Shown: positions 1 through 8,452, numbered from the stretch's first letter. The stretch is DNA of 64,000 nt from an uncultured Rikenellaceae bacterium (GCA_964642615.1 CAZXSW010000001.1:42945-106944); one strand, 5' to 3'. The notes: generated by a model not told the origin, from the sequence alone. Translations and numbers: made by a program.

Positions 1-594
1 AAGCTCCCGCTTGTTGAGGAGTTCTATTCCCTGCAGGGAGAGGGATATCATACAGGAAAGGCGGCATATTTCGTACGTCTTGGCGGTTGTGATGTGGGCT
101 GCAGCTGGTGTGATTCCCGCTTTGCATGGGATAAGGATATGCATCCGATGGAAGACACCGACAGCATAATTGCTTCAGTACTGGGTTCAGGAGCTGATTC
201 TGTTGTGGTTACCGGAGGTGAACCCCTGATGTGGAACCTCGATTATCTGTGCTCACAACTGAAACAAAACAAAATTTGTACCTTTATTGAGACCAGCGGA
301 GCATATCCCTTGAGCGGTGAGTGGGACTGGATCTGTCTTTCACCAAAGAAAAATATGCCGCCTGTGGGCGATATATGCAATAAAGCCAATGAATTAAAGG
401 TTATTATAGAAACACCAGCTGATTTTGAATGGGCTGAGAAGTATAGCCGTATTGTCAGGGATGACTGTCATCTCTTCCTTCAGCCTGAATGGAAAAGGTT
501 TGAAGAAGTCATTCCCTTTATTGTTGATTATATCAAAGAAAACACAAAATGGAGAATTTCCCTGCAGGCGCACAAGTACATGCACATTCCGTGA
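1..594 (+). CDS. queE: 7-carboxy-7-deazaguanine synthase QueE (radical SAM), 5-prime end cut by the window edge
   Basis: Frame 1 is open from base 1. The translation KLPLVEEFYSLQGEGYHTGKAAYFVRLGGCDVGCSWCDS carries a CxxxCxxC cluster in a QueE-like context. The stop is at 592-594. The listed ORF 94..594 is the internal Met of the same frame. Confidence 0.8.
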   Translation, partial: KLPLVEEFYSLQGEGYHTGKAAYFVRLGGCDVGCSWCDSRFAWDKDMHPMEDTDSIIASVLGSGADSVVVTGGEPLMWNLDYLCSQLKQNKICTFIETSGAYPLSGEWDWICLSPKKNMPPVGDICNKANELKVIIETPADFEWAEKYSRIVRDDCHLFLQPEWKRFEEVIPFIVDYIKENTKWRISLQAHKYMHIP

Positions 595-598
595 AACT

Positions 599-2527
599 AT
601 GAAACCTCTGACAGTATTGGTCTTCCTTCTTTACGCACTATTGCCTGTTACGGCAGAAGCACAGCAGCTACATACCTCTTCTGCAAGGGCTGCAAGGTTT
701 TACAGAGAAGGCTCACAGAGCTATGATTTTTTTGACTATACCGGTGCCGAGGCTAATCTCAGGCAGGCTGTCCAGGCTGATCCACGTTTCTACGAGGCTC
801 ATATGGTACTTGCAGAGCTGTATTCAAAACAGAAGCGTTATACCGAGTCGGCCAGGCATTACCGTGAGGCCGTAAAAATTGACTCGCTCTATTTCCCTCC
901 TGTATTATTTCAGCTTGCAAATTCGGAGCTTATGTCGGGAGATTATGAAATGGCTTTGATACACTACAGGGCTTATCTTGATCAAAAGGATATCTCGTCA
1001 AAAAACGAGGTGCTGGCACGAAGGAATGTTCTCAACTGTGAGTTCGCCATTGAAGCCCTTAAACATCCTGTCCAGTTCAGTCCGGTTAATATGGGAAAAG
1101 GAATTAATTCGGCTGATGATGAGTACTGGCCATCAATAACGGCTGACGGGCTTACAATGATGTTCACCCGTCAGGGAAGACCAGCTGAAAGGGGAATGAA
1201 CCGGGTGCCTGCACAGGAAGATTTCTATCTTAGTTATTTTGGTGAAGATGGATGGTCAGTGGCAGTAAATGCCGGCCCTCCTCTGAATTCGCCGGCAAAT
1301 GAGGGAGCCCAGACTCTTTCTTCGGACGGAACCTATATGTACTTCACAGCCTGCGACAGGCCCGGCGGTGCCGGAAGTTGTGATATCTACTTCTCTTCCT
1401 TCTCCTCAGGGAAATGGTCGATACCCTTTAATGTTGGTCCGCCTGTCAATACAAGCCATTGGGAATCACAACCTTCTGTCAGTGCCAACGGACGTATGCT
1501 TTTCTTCTCAGGCAATAAGCCGGGAGGATTTGGAGGGAAAGATCTCTGGTACTCTGTAAAGAAGAAAGATAACAGCTGGTCGGAGCCAATCAATATGGGA
1601 GCTATGATAAACACTGATGGCGATGAGATGTCTCCTTTTATCCATTTTGATGGAAGAACCCTTTACTTCTCTTCAGATGGCAGACCAGGAATGGGTGGAT
1701 TTGACATTTATATGACCAGGATGGATGATGATTCCACCTGGACTGAGCCGCGAAATCTGGGTTATCCTGTCAATACATATAACGATGAAACCGGTCTTGT
1801 AATTGAATCAGGAGGGCAGAAAGCATTTTTCTCATCGGTGAGGGATAATGTCAACAGGAAGGATATCTGGTATTTCAATCTTGCAGAATCAATAAGGCCC
1901 GATCCGGTTTCATATCTGAAGGGAAAGGTTGTTGATCGTGAGACAGGGCTTGCTTTACAGGCAGACTATGAACTGATAGGCATATCATCACAGGAGATTC
2001 TTGTTGAGAGCACAACCGATCAGAACGGAAATTTCCTTGTATGTCTGCCGGCAGGTAATAATTATGGCCTAAACGTAAGAAAGACGGGATATCTGTTCTA
2101 CTCAGGCAGTTTTATGCTTGAAGGGGAACACGGTGCTGCAACGCCGTTTATCAAGCAGATACCCCTGAACCCGGTAAGGGCTGGAGAAAAGATGCTATTG
2201 TCGAATGTGTTCTTCGAAGTTGATTCCTGGCTTCTTAAAAATGAATCACGGGCAGAACTTAATAACCTTGTTGATCTTCTAAAGGAGAATATTGAGGTTG
2301 TTGTCGAGATAGGCGGTTATACCGATTCGACCGGGTCTGATGAGCATAACCTGGTATTATCAGAGAGAAGGGCCCGGTCTGTTGTCGATTATCTCGTCTC
2401 AAAAGGAATTGAGGCAGACCGCCTTAAGCCGAAGGGCTATGGGAATGCTTCTCCCGTAGGCGACAATGTTACCACTGAAGGCAGAAGACTCAACAGAAGA
2501 ACGGAAGTCAAGATACTGGAAGATTAA
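599..2527 (+). CDS. OmpA-family outer-membrane/periplasmic protein with TPR and TolB-type (PD40) beta-propeller repeats
   Basis: ATG at 599 is followed by a signal peptide, MKPLTVLVFLLYALLPVTAEAQ. There is a TPR-like N-terminal region and repeated PD40-like motifs (DEYWPSITADG, ESQPSVSANG, EMSPFIHFDG). The C-terminal OmpA-like domain reads GYTDSTGSDEHNLVLSERRARSVVDYL...NRRTEV. The 425..598 extension in the ORF track overlaps queE and was rejected. Confidence 0.85.
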   Translation: MKPLTVLVFLLYALLPVTAEAQQLHTSSARAARFYREGSQSYDFFDYTGAEANLRQAVQADPRFYEAHMVLAELYSKQKRYTESARHYREAVKIDSLYFPPVLFQLANSELMSGDYEMALIHYRAYLDQKDISSKNEVLARRNVLNCEFAIEALKHPVQFSPVNMGKGINSADDEYWPSITADGLTMMFTRQGRPAERGMNRVPAQEDFYLSYFGEDGWSVAVNAGPPLNSPANEGAQTLSSDGTYMYFTACDRPGGAGSCDIYFSSFSSGKWSIPFNVGPPVNTSHWESQPSVSANGRMLFFSGNKPGGFGGKDLWYSVKKKDNSWSEPINMGAMINTDGDEMSPFIHFDGRTLYFSSDGRPGMGGFDIYMTRMDDDSTWTEPRNLGYPVNTYNDETGLVIESGGQKAFFSSVRDNVNRKDIWYFNLAESIRPDPVSYLKGKVVDRETGLALQADYELIGISSQEILVESTTDQNGNFLVCLPAGNNYGLNVRKTGYLFYSGSFMLEGEHGAATPFIKQIPLNPVRAGEKMLLSNVFFEVDSWLLKNESRAELNNLVDLLKENIEVVVEIGGYTDSTGSDEHNLVLSERRARSVVDYLVSKGIEADRLKPKGYGNASPVGDNVTTEGRRLNRRTEVKILED

Positions 2528-2562
2528 AAAAATAGCTGCCCAGACAGTAGCAGCTATTTTTG
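2526..2562. terminator. bidirectional rho-independent terminator candidate between convergent genes
   Basis: Inverted repeat ATAGCTGC (2532-2539) / GCAGCTAT (2550-2557), preceded by an A-run and followed by a T-run. Confidence 0.5.
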
Positions 2563-2612
2563 ATCTCACGATTGGTGAAATTCAGACGAACTTATGCAAA
2601 CAACATCTGGAA

Positions 2613-3449
2613 TCATATATTAATCATGGTTTTTATTGATTTTTTAGCTGAAGCATCACTGTTTTCTGCGACACCTGCGGGAACAGAGAAATAGATCCCT
2701 GTTCCTGTCAGTCCGTTACATTCAAGTCTTATGCTTCCACCGAGCAGGCCTATGATCTTCCTTACAAGCATTATATTTATAGCCGAATACAGATCGTTGA
2801 ATTTTCCCAGTGAAGCGCTCAGATCGCTGGTTTCGAAGAATTCCCTGTTTTTGAAGTAACCCATTCCCGAGTCGAGAATGTAGAAATTAAAAAGGCCATC
2901 CCTGATATTATAGCCTATTTTAATATAGCCAGATCGTGTATTGGAAAGAGATATCTGAAAAAGATTCCGAATTACCCTTTTTACTTTTCCTGTATCAATT
3001 AAAAACTCTTCCCTCTTAATAACCTGGTTTTCTGTTACAAGCAGGATATCCTTGTACTTGTCCTTTCTGAGAGTATCCCTGAAATCATTTAAGATCTCTT
3101 CAAGGAAATTATCAGTTTTGCCTCTTCCCGTTTCTGCCGTTGAATTACCCGTATCAATTATGGCTGAATCGAGGAAGTTGTCGAAAAGCTCAATAAGCTG
3201 TTCACAAGCCTGAAGTATCTGGTTGCCAAAATCTTCCCTTTCTTCTTTGGCATACTCATCCTTCGACAGAAGAAATGAGAATGCTACAACTGCATTCATC
3301 TGTGTTCTCATCTCATGCGACATCCCTGTAAGCACAGCCTGGTTGTCTGCCACGTCCGTGCAGGATGAAACCGCAACAATATCTGAATTCTCATGCCTCA
3401 TATCACGCCTCTCCTGATCTCTATCACCGTATGTATTCAGATTGAACAT
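2613..3449 (-). CDS. histidine kinase (HisKA + HATPase_c) without a recognisable sensor or TM domain
   Basis: H-box SHEMRTQMNAV lies about 45 aa from the N-terminus. N-box-like NLFQISLSNT, G1 DSGMG and G2 GLTGTG are present. No hydrophobic segment is visible. The gene starts 21 bp downstream of the TPR gene on the same strand. Confidence 0.8.
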   Translation of the reverse strand: MFNLNTYGDRDQERRDMRHENSDIVAVSSCTDVADNQAVLTGMSHEMRTQMNAVVAFSFLLSKDEYAKEEREDFGNQILQACEQLIELFDNFLDSAIIDTGNSTAETGRGKTDNFLEEILNDFRDTLRKDKYKDILLVTENQVIKREEFLIDTGKVKRVIRNLFQISLSNTRSGYIKIGYNIRDGLFNFYILDSGMGYFKNREFFETSDLSASLGKFNDLYSAINIMLVRKIIGLLGGSIRLECNGLTGTGIYFSVPAGVAENSDASAKKSIKTMINI

Positions 3450-3470
3450 ATGAATAGCTTTTAGTAACCC

Positions 3471-4220
3471 TTAATCAATCTTTTTAAGAATTTTTGCTGC
3501 CTCTTTTCTGTATATACTTCTTGAATTCCTTATTTCAGTCAGTTGTTTGACGGCCCTGTCATTTTCATCGCTCTTGACGTAACAGAGTGCCAGATACCAT
3601 CTTGCTTCCTCTATAAACAGGTTGTCATTGTCGTCAATGACCTTTACAAAGGATTTTTCTGCTTCAGGATAGTTGCTTATCTCAAAATTGGAAACACCAT
3701 AAAGAAGGGTCGATTCCATATTCTTTGAATCCTGTTCAACAACTTTGCTGAAATATAAAGCTGCACTTTTGTAATCGCGAACCTTGTAATATTCAACACC
3801 TAGCAGGAAATCCTGATTTATTCCTGAAGCAGCCGACCTGGATGGTGCGGTAACCTCATATGACCTGTAGTATTTGTCAAATATTTCGGAGTTGCTCAGA
3901 TTGCCATTACTTAAGAGGGCAATTGCTCCGAACAGCACAAAAGCACCGGCAGCTGCAGCGTATTTAAGGTTCCGGCTTCCGGCAGAAGATCGTCTGACCG
4001 GTGGTTGTTCCATCCGTTTCTTTTCGATGGAATTAAGTTTGTTTCTCAGAGCCATGACGTCACTATCCTTGAGGATCGCTTCGGTCTTTTTCCGTAACTC
4101 AACCTCCCTGCGAAGCTTTTCATTGCCCTCGAGCTCCTTCTCGAACCATTTATTTTCTTCAGTATTCATCTCGCCGGCATTATACCTTTCGATGAAATAC
4201 GAAAAATCAATTGTCTTCAT
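3471..4220 (-). CDS. single-pass membrane TPR protein, putative anti-sigma factor
   Basis: The N-terminus FIERYNAGEMNTEENKWFEKELEGNEKLRREVE resembles the cytoplasmic N-termini of Bacteroidota FecR-type anti-sigma factors. A TM segment YAAAAGAFVLFGAIALLS is present. The C-terminal region of about 140 aa has TPR-like repeats (YKSAALYFSKVVEQD, YPEAEKSFVKVI, RWYLALCYVK). The anti-sigma role is inferred. Confidence 0.7.
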   Translation of the reverse strand: MKTIDFSYFIERYNAGEMNTEENKWFEKELEGNEKLRREVELRKKTEAILKDSDVMALRNKLNSIEKKRMEQPPVRRSSAGSRNLKYAAAAGAFVLFGAIALLSNGNLSNSEIFDKYYRSYEVTAPSRSAASGINQDFLLGVEYYKVRDYKSAALYFSKVVEQDSKNMESTLLYGVSNFEISNYPEAEKSFVKVIDDNDNLFIEEARWYLALCYVKSDENDRAVKQLTEIRNSRSIYRKEAAKILKKID

Positions 4221-4379
4221 TTCTGTCTATTTATGTAATTTATACCTTAAATCACTAAAGGCATTATTCCCAAAGCCTGTTGTCAGAGAATTTGATTTAT
4301 GGCATCAGCTGCCATTATCAGTTTCTCACTTCATCCTGCCAGGCCGGTCACGACCTGTTGCAGAATCAGCAACACAGAA

Positions 4380-4409
4380 CCAAAACCAATACTAAAACCA
4401 AAACCAAAA
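4380..4409. repeat. five tandem hexamers CCAAAA/CCAATA/CTAAAA/CCAAAA/CCAAAA, i.e. (TTTTGG)n on the minus strand
   Basis: Read directly from the sequence: CCAAAACCAATACTAAAACCAAAACCAAAA. It lies immediately downstream of the peptide-gene terminator and about 160-190 nt upstream of the TPR gene start (minus-strand sense). Confidence 0.85.
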
Positions 4410-4425
4410 CAGAGTGCTAAAATAT

Positions 4426-4459
4426 CCTGTCACGCCCAACGCCGGGCAACTTCGACAGG
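4426..4459 (-). terminator. rho-independent terminator candidate after the GG-leader peptide gene
   Basis: On the minus strand, CCTGTC...GACAGG forms the outer stem with a nested GCCC-GGCGTT-GGGC stem, followed by ATATTTT and the T-rich hexamer repeat. It starts 14 nt after the peptide stop codon. Confidence 0.5.
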
Positions 4460-4472
4460 GAGCTTATTTTGT

Positions 4473-4613
4473 TCAGATTTTTACTGTAGGAGGATTCGGC
4501 AATAAAATGGGCACGCCTTCTTCACCACCACCGCGAACGGCAAACATCTCTTCGTTTGAAAGTGCAAATTCGTTGAAATTCTCGTTGGTTTTTTCAAAAT
4601 TCAGGGTTTTCAT
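4473..4613 (-). CDS. 46-aa double-glycine (GG) leader peptide precursor, absent from the supplied ORF track because it is shorter than 60 aa
   Basis: My own translation of the minus strand gives MKTLNFEKTNENFNEFALSNEEMFAVRGGGEEGVPILLPNPPTVKI. ATG is at 4613-4611 and TGA at 4475-4473. The leader LSNEEMFAVRGG fits the LSxxELxxIxGG export-leader pattern. A hairpin terminator follows. A C39-peptidase ABC exporter lies 4 kb away. Confidence 0.6.
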   Translation of the reverse strand: MKTLNFEKTNENFNEFALSNEEMFAVRGGGEEGVPILLPNPPTVKI

Positions 4614-4859
4614 TTCTTTTAATTTTTTAATTGATACTCATTTGGGTAATTCGTGTATTCATTGTTACATGTCGGCAACCCTGGTTTTGTGACACGAAAA
4701 AATCAACTTTTTTTCAAAAAAAAAACAACGATTTCAAATTCAGGAACTTACAAACGGTAAATTTTTTATTTTTTGTTCGGGTTTGGATTTAAAAATAATA
4801 GATTTGTTATTTATACGGTAAAAATCTTATTTTGTTTATCTTCATCCCGGGAAAATCTT

Positions 4860-7800
4860 ATGCATTACTTTTTTTTACATGGAATATTGGCATTTCTCTT
4901 ATTGTTGCCTTCCGGGATCAGAAACTCACAGACTCACCAGGAAGAAGGGACAGGAATCGGAACAGGGGAGATAGTACTCCCTGAAGGGGAAACCAGTCTT
5001 CCTTCTCTTAACACCCTGCTTAGACAAAGCCTTACCACAGGGGATGCCGCTCAAACAAGATCCTATGTTGACAGTATACTTCGGTTAGCCCGACAGGGAG
5101 TAACAGATTCTGCGGCTCTTTCTGAATCATATTATCTTATCGGGGTTTTTGAACTTATCTCAGGCAACCCGGGGAAAGGTATAGAATGGCTGACTCTTGC
5201 AGGTTCTGTACTAGAGAGGAACGGGAGGCAGGAAGAATTATATGCCAGGACTCTGTACAATATTGGTGTGGGATATAATTCTCTTGGTGATTTTGAGCAG
5301 ATGTCAGATTATACCCTGAGGTCTGTTGAGATCGAAAGAAAACTCTTTGGAAACAGCAGCCCATCACTTGTGCAGGGGCTTTTGAGTCTGGTTACTGCCT
5401 GTATTGAGCTACAGGAGTACGACAGGGCAGTGGCCTTTGGCAGTGAGGCCCTGGATATTATTAATAAACAGCCTCCTGGTATGTTCTCTGCCAGCTATGA
5501 ACCCGACCTTTACCTGAATCTTGGTGTATGCTACTACAGACTTTCAGATTTTTCAAAATCAGTTCTTTATCTTGAAAAAGCTGAATCATTCTATTCGGCC
5601 GGTACTATGACAAGAGATGAGAAATATATAAATCTTCTGAACAGCCTTGCTGTCACTTACGGCTATCTCGGTCAGATGGAGAAGTCGCTCCATTTTTACG
5701 GGAGGGGGCTGGAGATTGCTGAAATGATAAACTCATCACTGTCGTATAATTTCATAAACAGCTATGCAATAGCTCTGGGAAATTCGGGCAGGGTTGCTGA
5801 GGGACAGAAGATTCATTCCTCGCTTCTTGAAAGGGTCGGGAAATTGTACGGAAAACAGTCGGGGCCCTATATAGAAGTACTTAAGAATTATGCCGATTAT
5901 CTGAGGATTTATAGTATTGATCCCTTACTGGCTCTATCACACTACGAAGAATGTATTAATTATACAGAATCACATCCCGATGAGCAGGCTTTAAGGGATC
6001 CCGTTATGCTGGGATATGCTCTTACCCTCTCGGCAAATAATAAGAATGAAAAGGCCCTTGAAATAATTACCAGGCTTTCAGATCAGGTGTCAGGCTCAAG
6101 GGATGGTCCGGATGCCAGTTCCCTGAAAGCAGATCAGAAATCACTCCTTTACCTGAGGGCCAGGTACGCAATACTTAAAGGCCTTTACAGAGAATCAGGC
6201 AGGGCCGGATTATTGTTCGAGACGGCTAACACGTCAGAGGAAATAATAAAGCTTCTTGAGAGAATCAGAATCAATATAAGCGAAGAGGAGAGCAGGCTCA
6301 TTCTCGGGGACCGCTACCGCGATTCATATCTTATGGCTATAAATGACTTTTATCTTTGTTTTAACGAGAGCGGTGATCCCGTATACCTTAAAAAGATCTT
6401 TGAATACTCTGAAAAAAGCAAAGTCGCCGGATTACTGACTGCTACAAGAGAACTCAAAGCAGTCCAGTTCCATATACCACCAGCTATAGCAGAACTGGAG
6501 AGAGAGCTGCAGCGTTCTATAAACTACTACAATGCAAAAATCGCCGATGAGAATCTCAGTATCAATCCGGATGCTTTACTTCTTCAGCAATGGAACTCAA
6601 TACTGCTCAGCGTCACAATGAGAAGAGACTCTCTTATAACAGTACTTGAAAAGAAATATCCCGAATACTACTCCTTAAGATATAATACAGAAGTGGCCGG
6701 AATGAACAAGATCCATGAACTTATAGGCAGAAACGCAAACTATCTGAATTATATAGTCTCCGATTCGGTTATATATCTGTTTGTGGCAAACAGAAAGCAT
6801 CAGCAATTCCTGACCATTCCGGTTGATTCAGCCTTCTTTAGTCAGGCTATGGAATTCAGGAGTCTGCTTTCTCATCCTGCCCCTTCAGGCAATGCACGAA
6901 GTGATTTCAGAAAATACTGCAAAACTGCCCATGAGCTGTTTTTACTACTTGTAGAACCTGCAAAGCCCTTCCTTATTTCAGACAAACTGTTCATATCACC
7001 CGATAATATTCTTTCCTACCTTCCCTTTGAGACTTTTCTAACCGGGGAGTCGGATTATGATGACATGCTTTACAGGGAACTTCCCTACGCGATGAGGGAA
7101 TATGAGATCTCGTACATTTATTCAGCTACCATGCTGGCCGAATCACTTAAAAGGAAGATAAGCTTCAGCAACAGCCTGGTGTCTTTTGCTCCTTCATACA
7201 AAGACAGGTTATTTTCAGATTCACTCCTATTGAGCAGGCAGGGCTTCTCAGGGTCTCTTCCCGATCTTCCCTATGCAAGGGACGAGGCTGAATTTGTTGC
7301 GGGGATTGCAAAAGGTGACCTTTATCTCAATAACGAAGCCACCGAAACTGCTTTTAAATCTCTGGCAGGAAATTATGATATAGTCCACCTGGCAATGCAC
7401 ACCCTGCTCAACGACAGAATGCCAATGCATTCAAGGATGATCTTTTCGGCCGGGGAAAGTGACGAAGACGGCTTCCTTAATACTTACGAGATATATGGTA
7501 TGCCTCTGAAAGCAAAGATGGTGGTGCTAAGTTCATGCAACACAGGAGTCGGATTATCCTATTCCGGAGAGGGAATCCTCAGCCTGGCCAGAGGCTTTAT
7601 CTACAGCGGCAGCCAGTCGGTGATAATGTCGTTATGGGAGATAGAAGACAGGTCGGGGACGGAGATAGTAAAGGAATTTTACAGGAATCTGAAAAGAGGC
7701 GATTCCAAAAGCAATGCCCTTAGAAGAGCAAGAGTAAGATATATGAAAGACGCTGATCAGCTAAGATCTCATCCATATTTCTGGTCGTCGCTTGTTGTTT

Positions 7801-7907
7801 ACGGCAACAACTCCCCGGTCTATCATTTGCATCAGATGCTTAGGGTTCTGGCTGTAACAACAATTCTAGCCCTTGGTGTTTTCGTGATCTACCGGAGATC
7901 CAGATAA
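4860..7907 (+). CDS. TPR-repeat CHAT-domain (caspase-like) protease with an N-terminal signal/TM and a C-terminal TM anchor
   Basis: The ATG at 4860 (MHYFFLHGILAFLLLLPSG) is preferred over the TTG at 4773. About 400 aa are TPR-like (YNIGVGYNSLGDFEQ, LNLGVCYYRLSDFSKS, LNSLAVTYGYLGQMEKS). The CHAT dyad context is IVHLAMHT and VVLSSCNTGVG. The C-terminal TM LAVTTILALGVFVIY is followed by RRSR. Confidence 0.85.
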   Translation: MHYFFLHGILAFLLLLPSGIRNSQTHQEEGTGIGTGEIVLPEGETSLPSLNTLLRQSLTTGDAAQTRSYVDSILRLARQGVTDSAALSESYYLIGVFELISGNPGKGIEWLTLAGSVLERNGRQEELYARTLYNIGVGYNSLGDFEQMSDYTLRSVEIERKLFGNSSPSLVQGLLSLVTACIELQEYDRAVAFGSEALDIINKQPPGMFSASYEPDLYLNLGVCYYRLSDFSKSVLYLEKAESFYSAGTMTRDEKYINLLNSLAVTYGYLGQMEKSLHFYGRGLEIAEMINSSLSYNFINSYAIALGNSGRVAEGQKIHSSLLERVGKLYGKQSGPYIEVLKNYADYLRIYSIDPLLALSHYEECINYTESHPDEQALRDPVMLGYALTLSANNKNEKALEIITRLSDQVSGSRDGPDASSLKADQKSLLYLRARYAILKGLYRESGRAGLLFETANTSEEIIKLLERIRINISEEESRLILGDRYRDSYLMAINDFYLCFNESGDPVYLKKIFEYSEKSKVAGLLTATRELKAVQFHIPPAIAELERELQRSINYYNAKIADENLSINPDALLLQQWNSILLSVTMRRDSLITVLEKKYPEYYSLRYNTEVAGMNKIHELIGRNANYLNYIVSDSVIYLFVANRKHQQFLTIPVDSAFFSQAMEFRSLLSHPAPSGNARSDFRKYCKTAHELFLLLVEPAKPFLISDKLFISPDNILSYLPFETFLTGESDYDDMLYRELPYAMREYEISYIYSATMLAESLKRKISFSNSLVSFAPSYKDRLFSDSLLLSRQGFSGSLPDLPYARDEAEFVAGIAKGDLYLNNEATETAFKSLAGNYDIVHLAMHTLLNDRMPMHSRMIFSAGESDEDGFLNTYEIYGMPLKAKMVVLSSCNTGVGLSYSGEGILSLARGFIYSGSQSVIMSLWEIEDRSGTEIVKEFYRNLKRGDSKSNALRRARVRYMKDADQLRSHPYFWSSLVVYGNNSPVYHLHQMLRVLAVTTILALGVFVIYRRSR

Positions 7908-8452
7908 TCCCTGTACTCCTCATCTTCCCTTACCAGTTCCATAAGAGCTTCTTTTGCAAGATACTTCTTGCGCCTGGCATAAGCTTCACTGCCCAGATTC
8001 ATCTGCCCTGCAATCTCTTCATATGACAGACCGTCTGAAAAGAGCCTTAGTATCTGCTGGAAATCATTCTGAAGTTTTGAAAAAGATCTTGACAGGATAC
8101 GCTCGAGAATAAGATCCTTGCTTTCATCCTGACCATCTTCGTCAGCGATATCCTGATCCAGAACTGTGTTCCTGCTGTTCCTCCTTAGCTGGACGCTCCA
8201 TATATTCCGTGCAATTCCGAAAAAATAACCTTTAAGATCAGAGGTAAGAGTGAAATGATCCTCTGAGATCTGCCTGTAGAGTGCTATAATAGTTTCCTGG
8301 AAAACGTCAGATACATCATCTTCATTACCACTGTTTTTAAGGATGTGATGCCTTACAGTCTGCAGGAAATTATTATACAGCCAGTTAAGAACTTTCTCAT
8401 CCTGTTTGCGGATCCCTTCAATAAGGTCACTATCAGAATATTTCCGAAACAA
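7889..8452 (-). CDS. ECF-type (group 4-like) sigma-70 family RNA polymerase sigma factor
   Basis: 187 aa with only sigma-2-like (VSDVFQETIIALYRQI) and sigma-4 HTH-like (LSYEEIAGQMNLGSEAYARRKKYLAKEAL) regions. Its 3-prime end overlaps the CHAT gene 3-prime end by 19 bp (7889-7907) in convergent orientation. Confidence 0.85.
   Translation of the reverse strand: MFRKYSDSDLIEGIRKQDEKVLNWLYNNFLQTVRHHILKNSGNEDDVSDVFQETIIALYRQISEDHFTLTSDLKGYFFGIARNIWSVQLRRNSRNTVLDQDIADEDGQDESKDLILERILSRSFSKLQNDFQQILRLFSDGLSYEEIAGQMNLGSEAYARRKKYLAKEALMELVREDEEYRDYLDLR

Noticed and set aside
425-598. The N-terminal 58-codon extension of the OmpA-family ORF given in the track (start 425).
   Set aside because: It overlaps the queE coding frame for 170 bp. 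The ATG at 599, 4 nt after the queE stop, is followed by a canonical signal peptide.
4299-4692. Plus-strand ORFs of 68 aa (4299..4505) and 92 aa (4414..4692) covering the CHAT/TPR intergenic gap.
   Set aside because: They run antisense to the much better supported GG-leader ORF and its terminator. They have low-complexity, Pro/Ser/Thr-rich translations, no recognisable start context and no motif. I treat them as frame noise.
4614-4700. A possible ECF-type promoter (GTAAC ... CGAAT) upstream of the peptide gene on the minus strand.
   Set aside because: The spacing between the two elements is only about 10 nt, far from the 16-17 nt expected. I also have no validated consensus for this sigma factor. 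Not reported as a feature.
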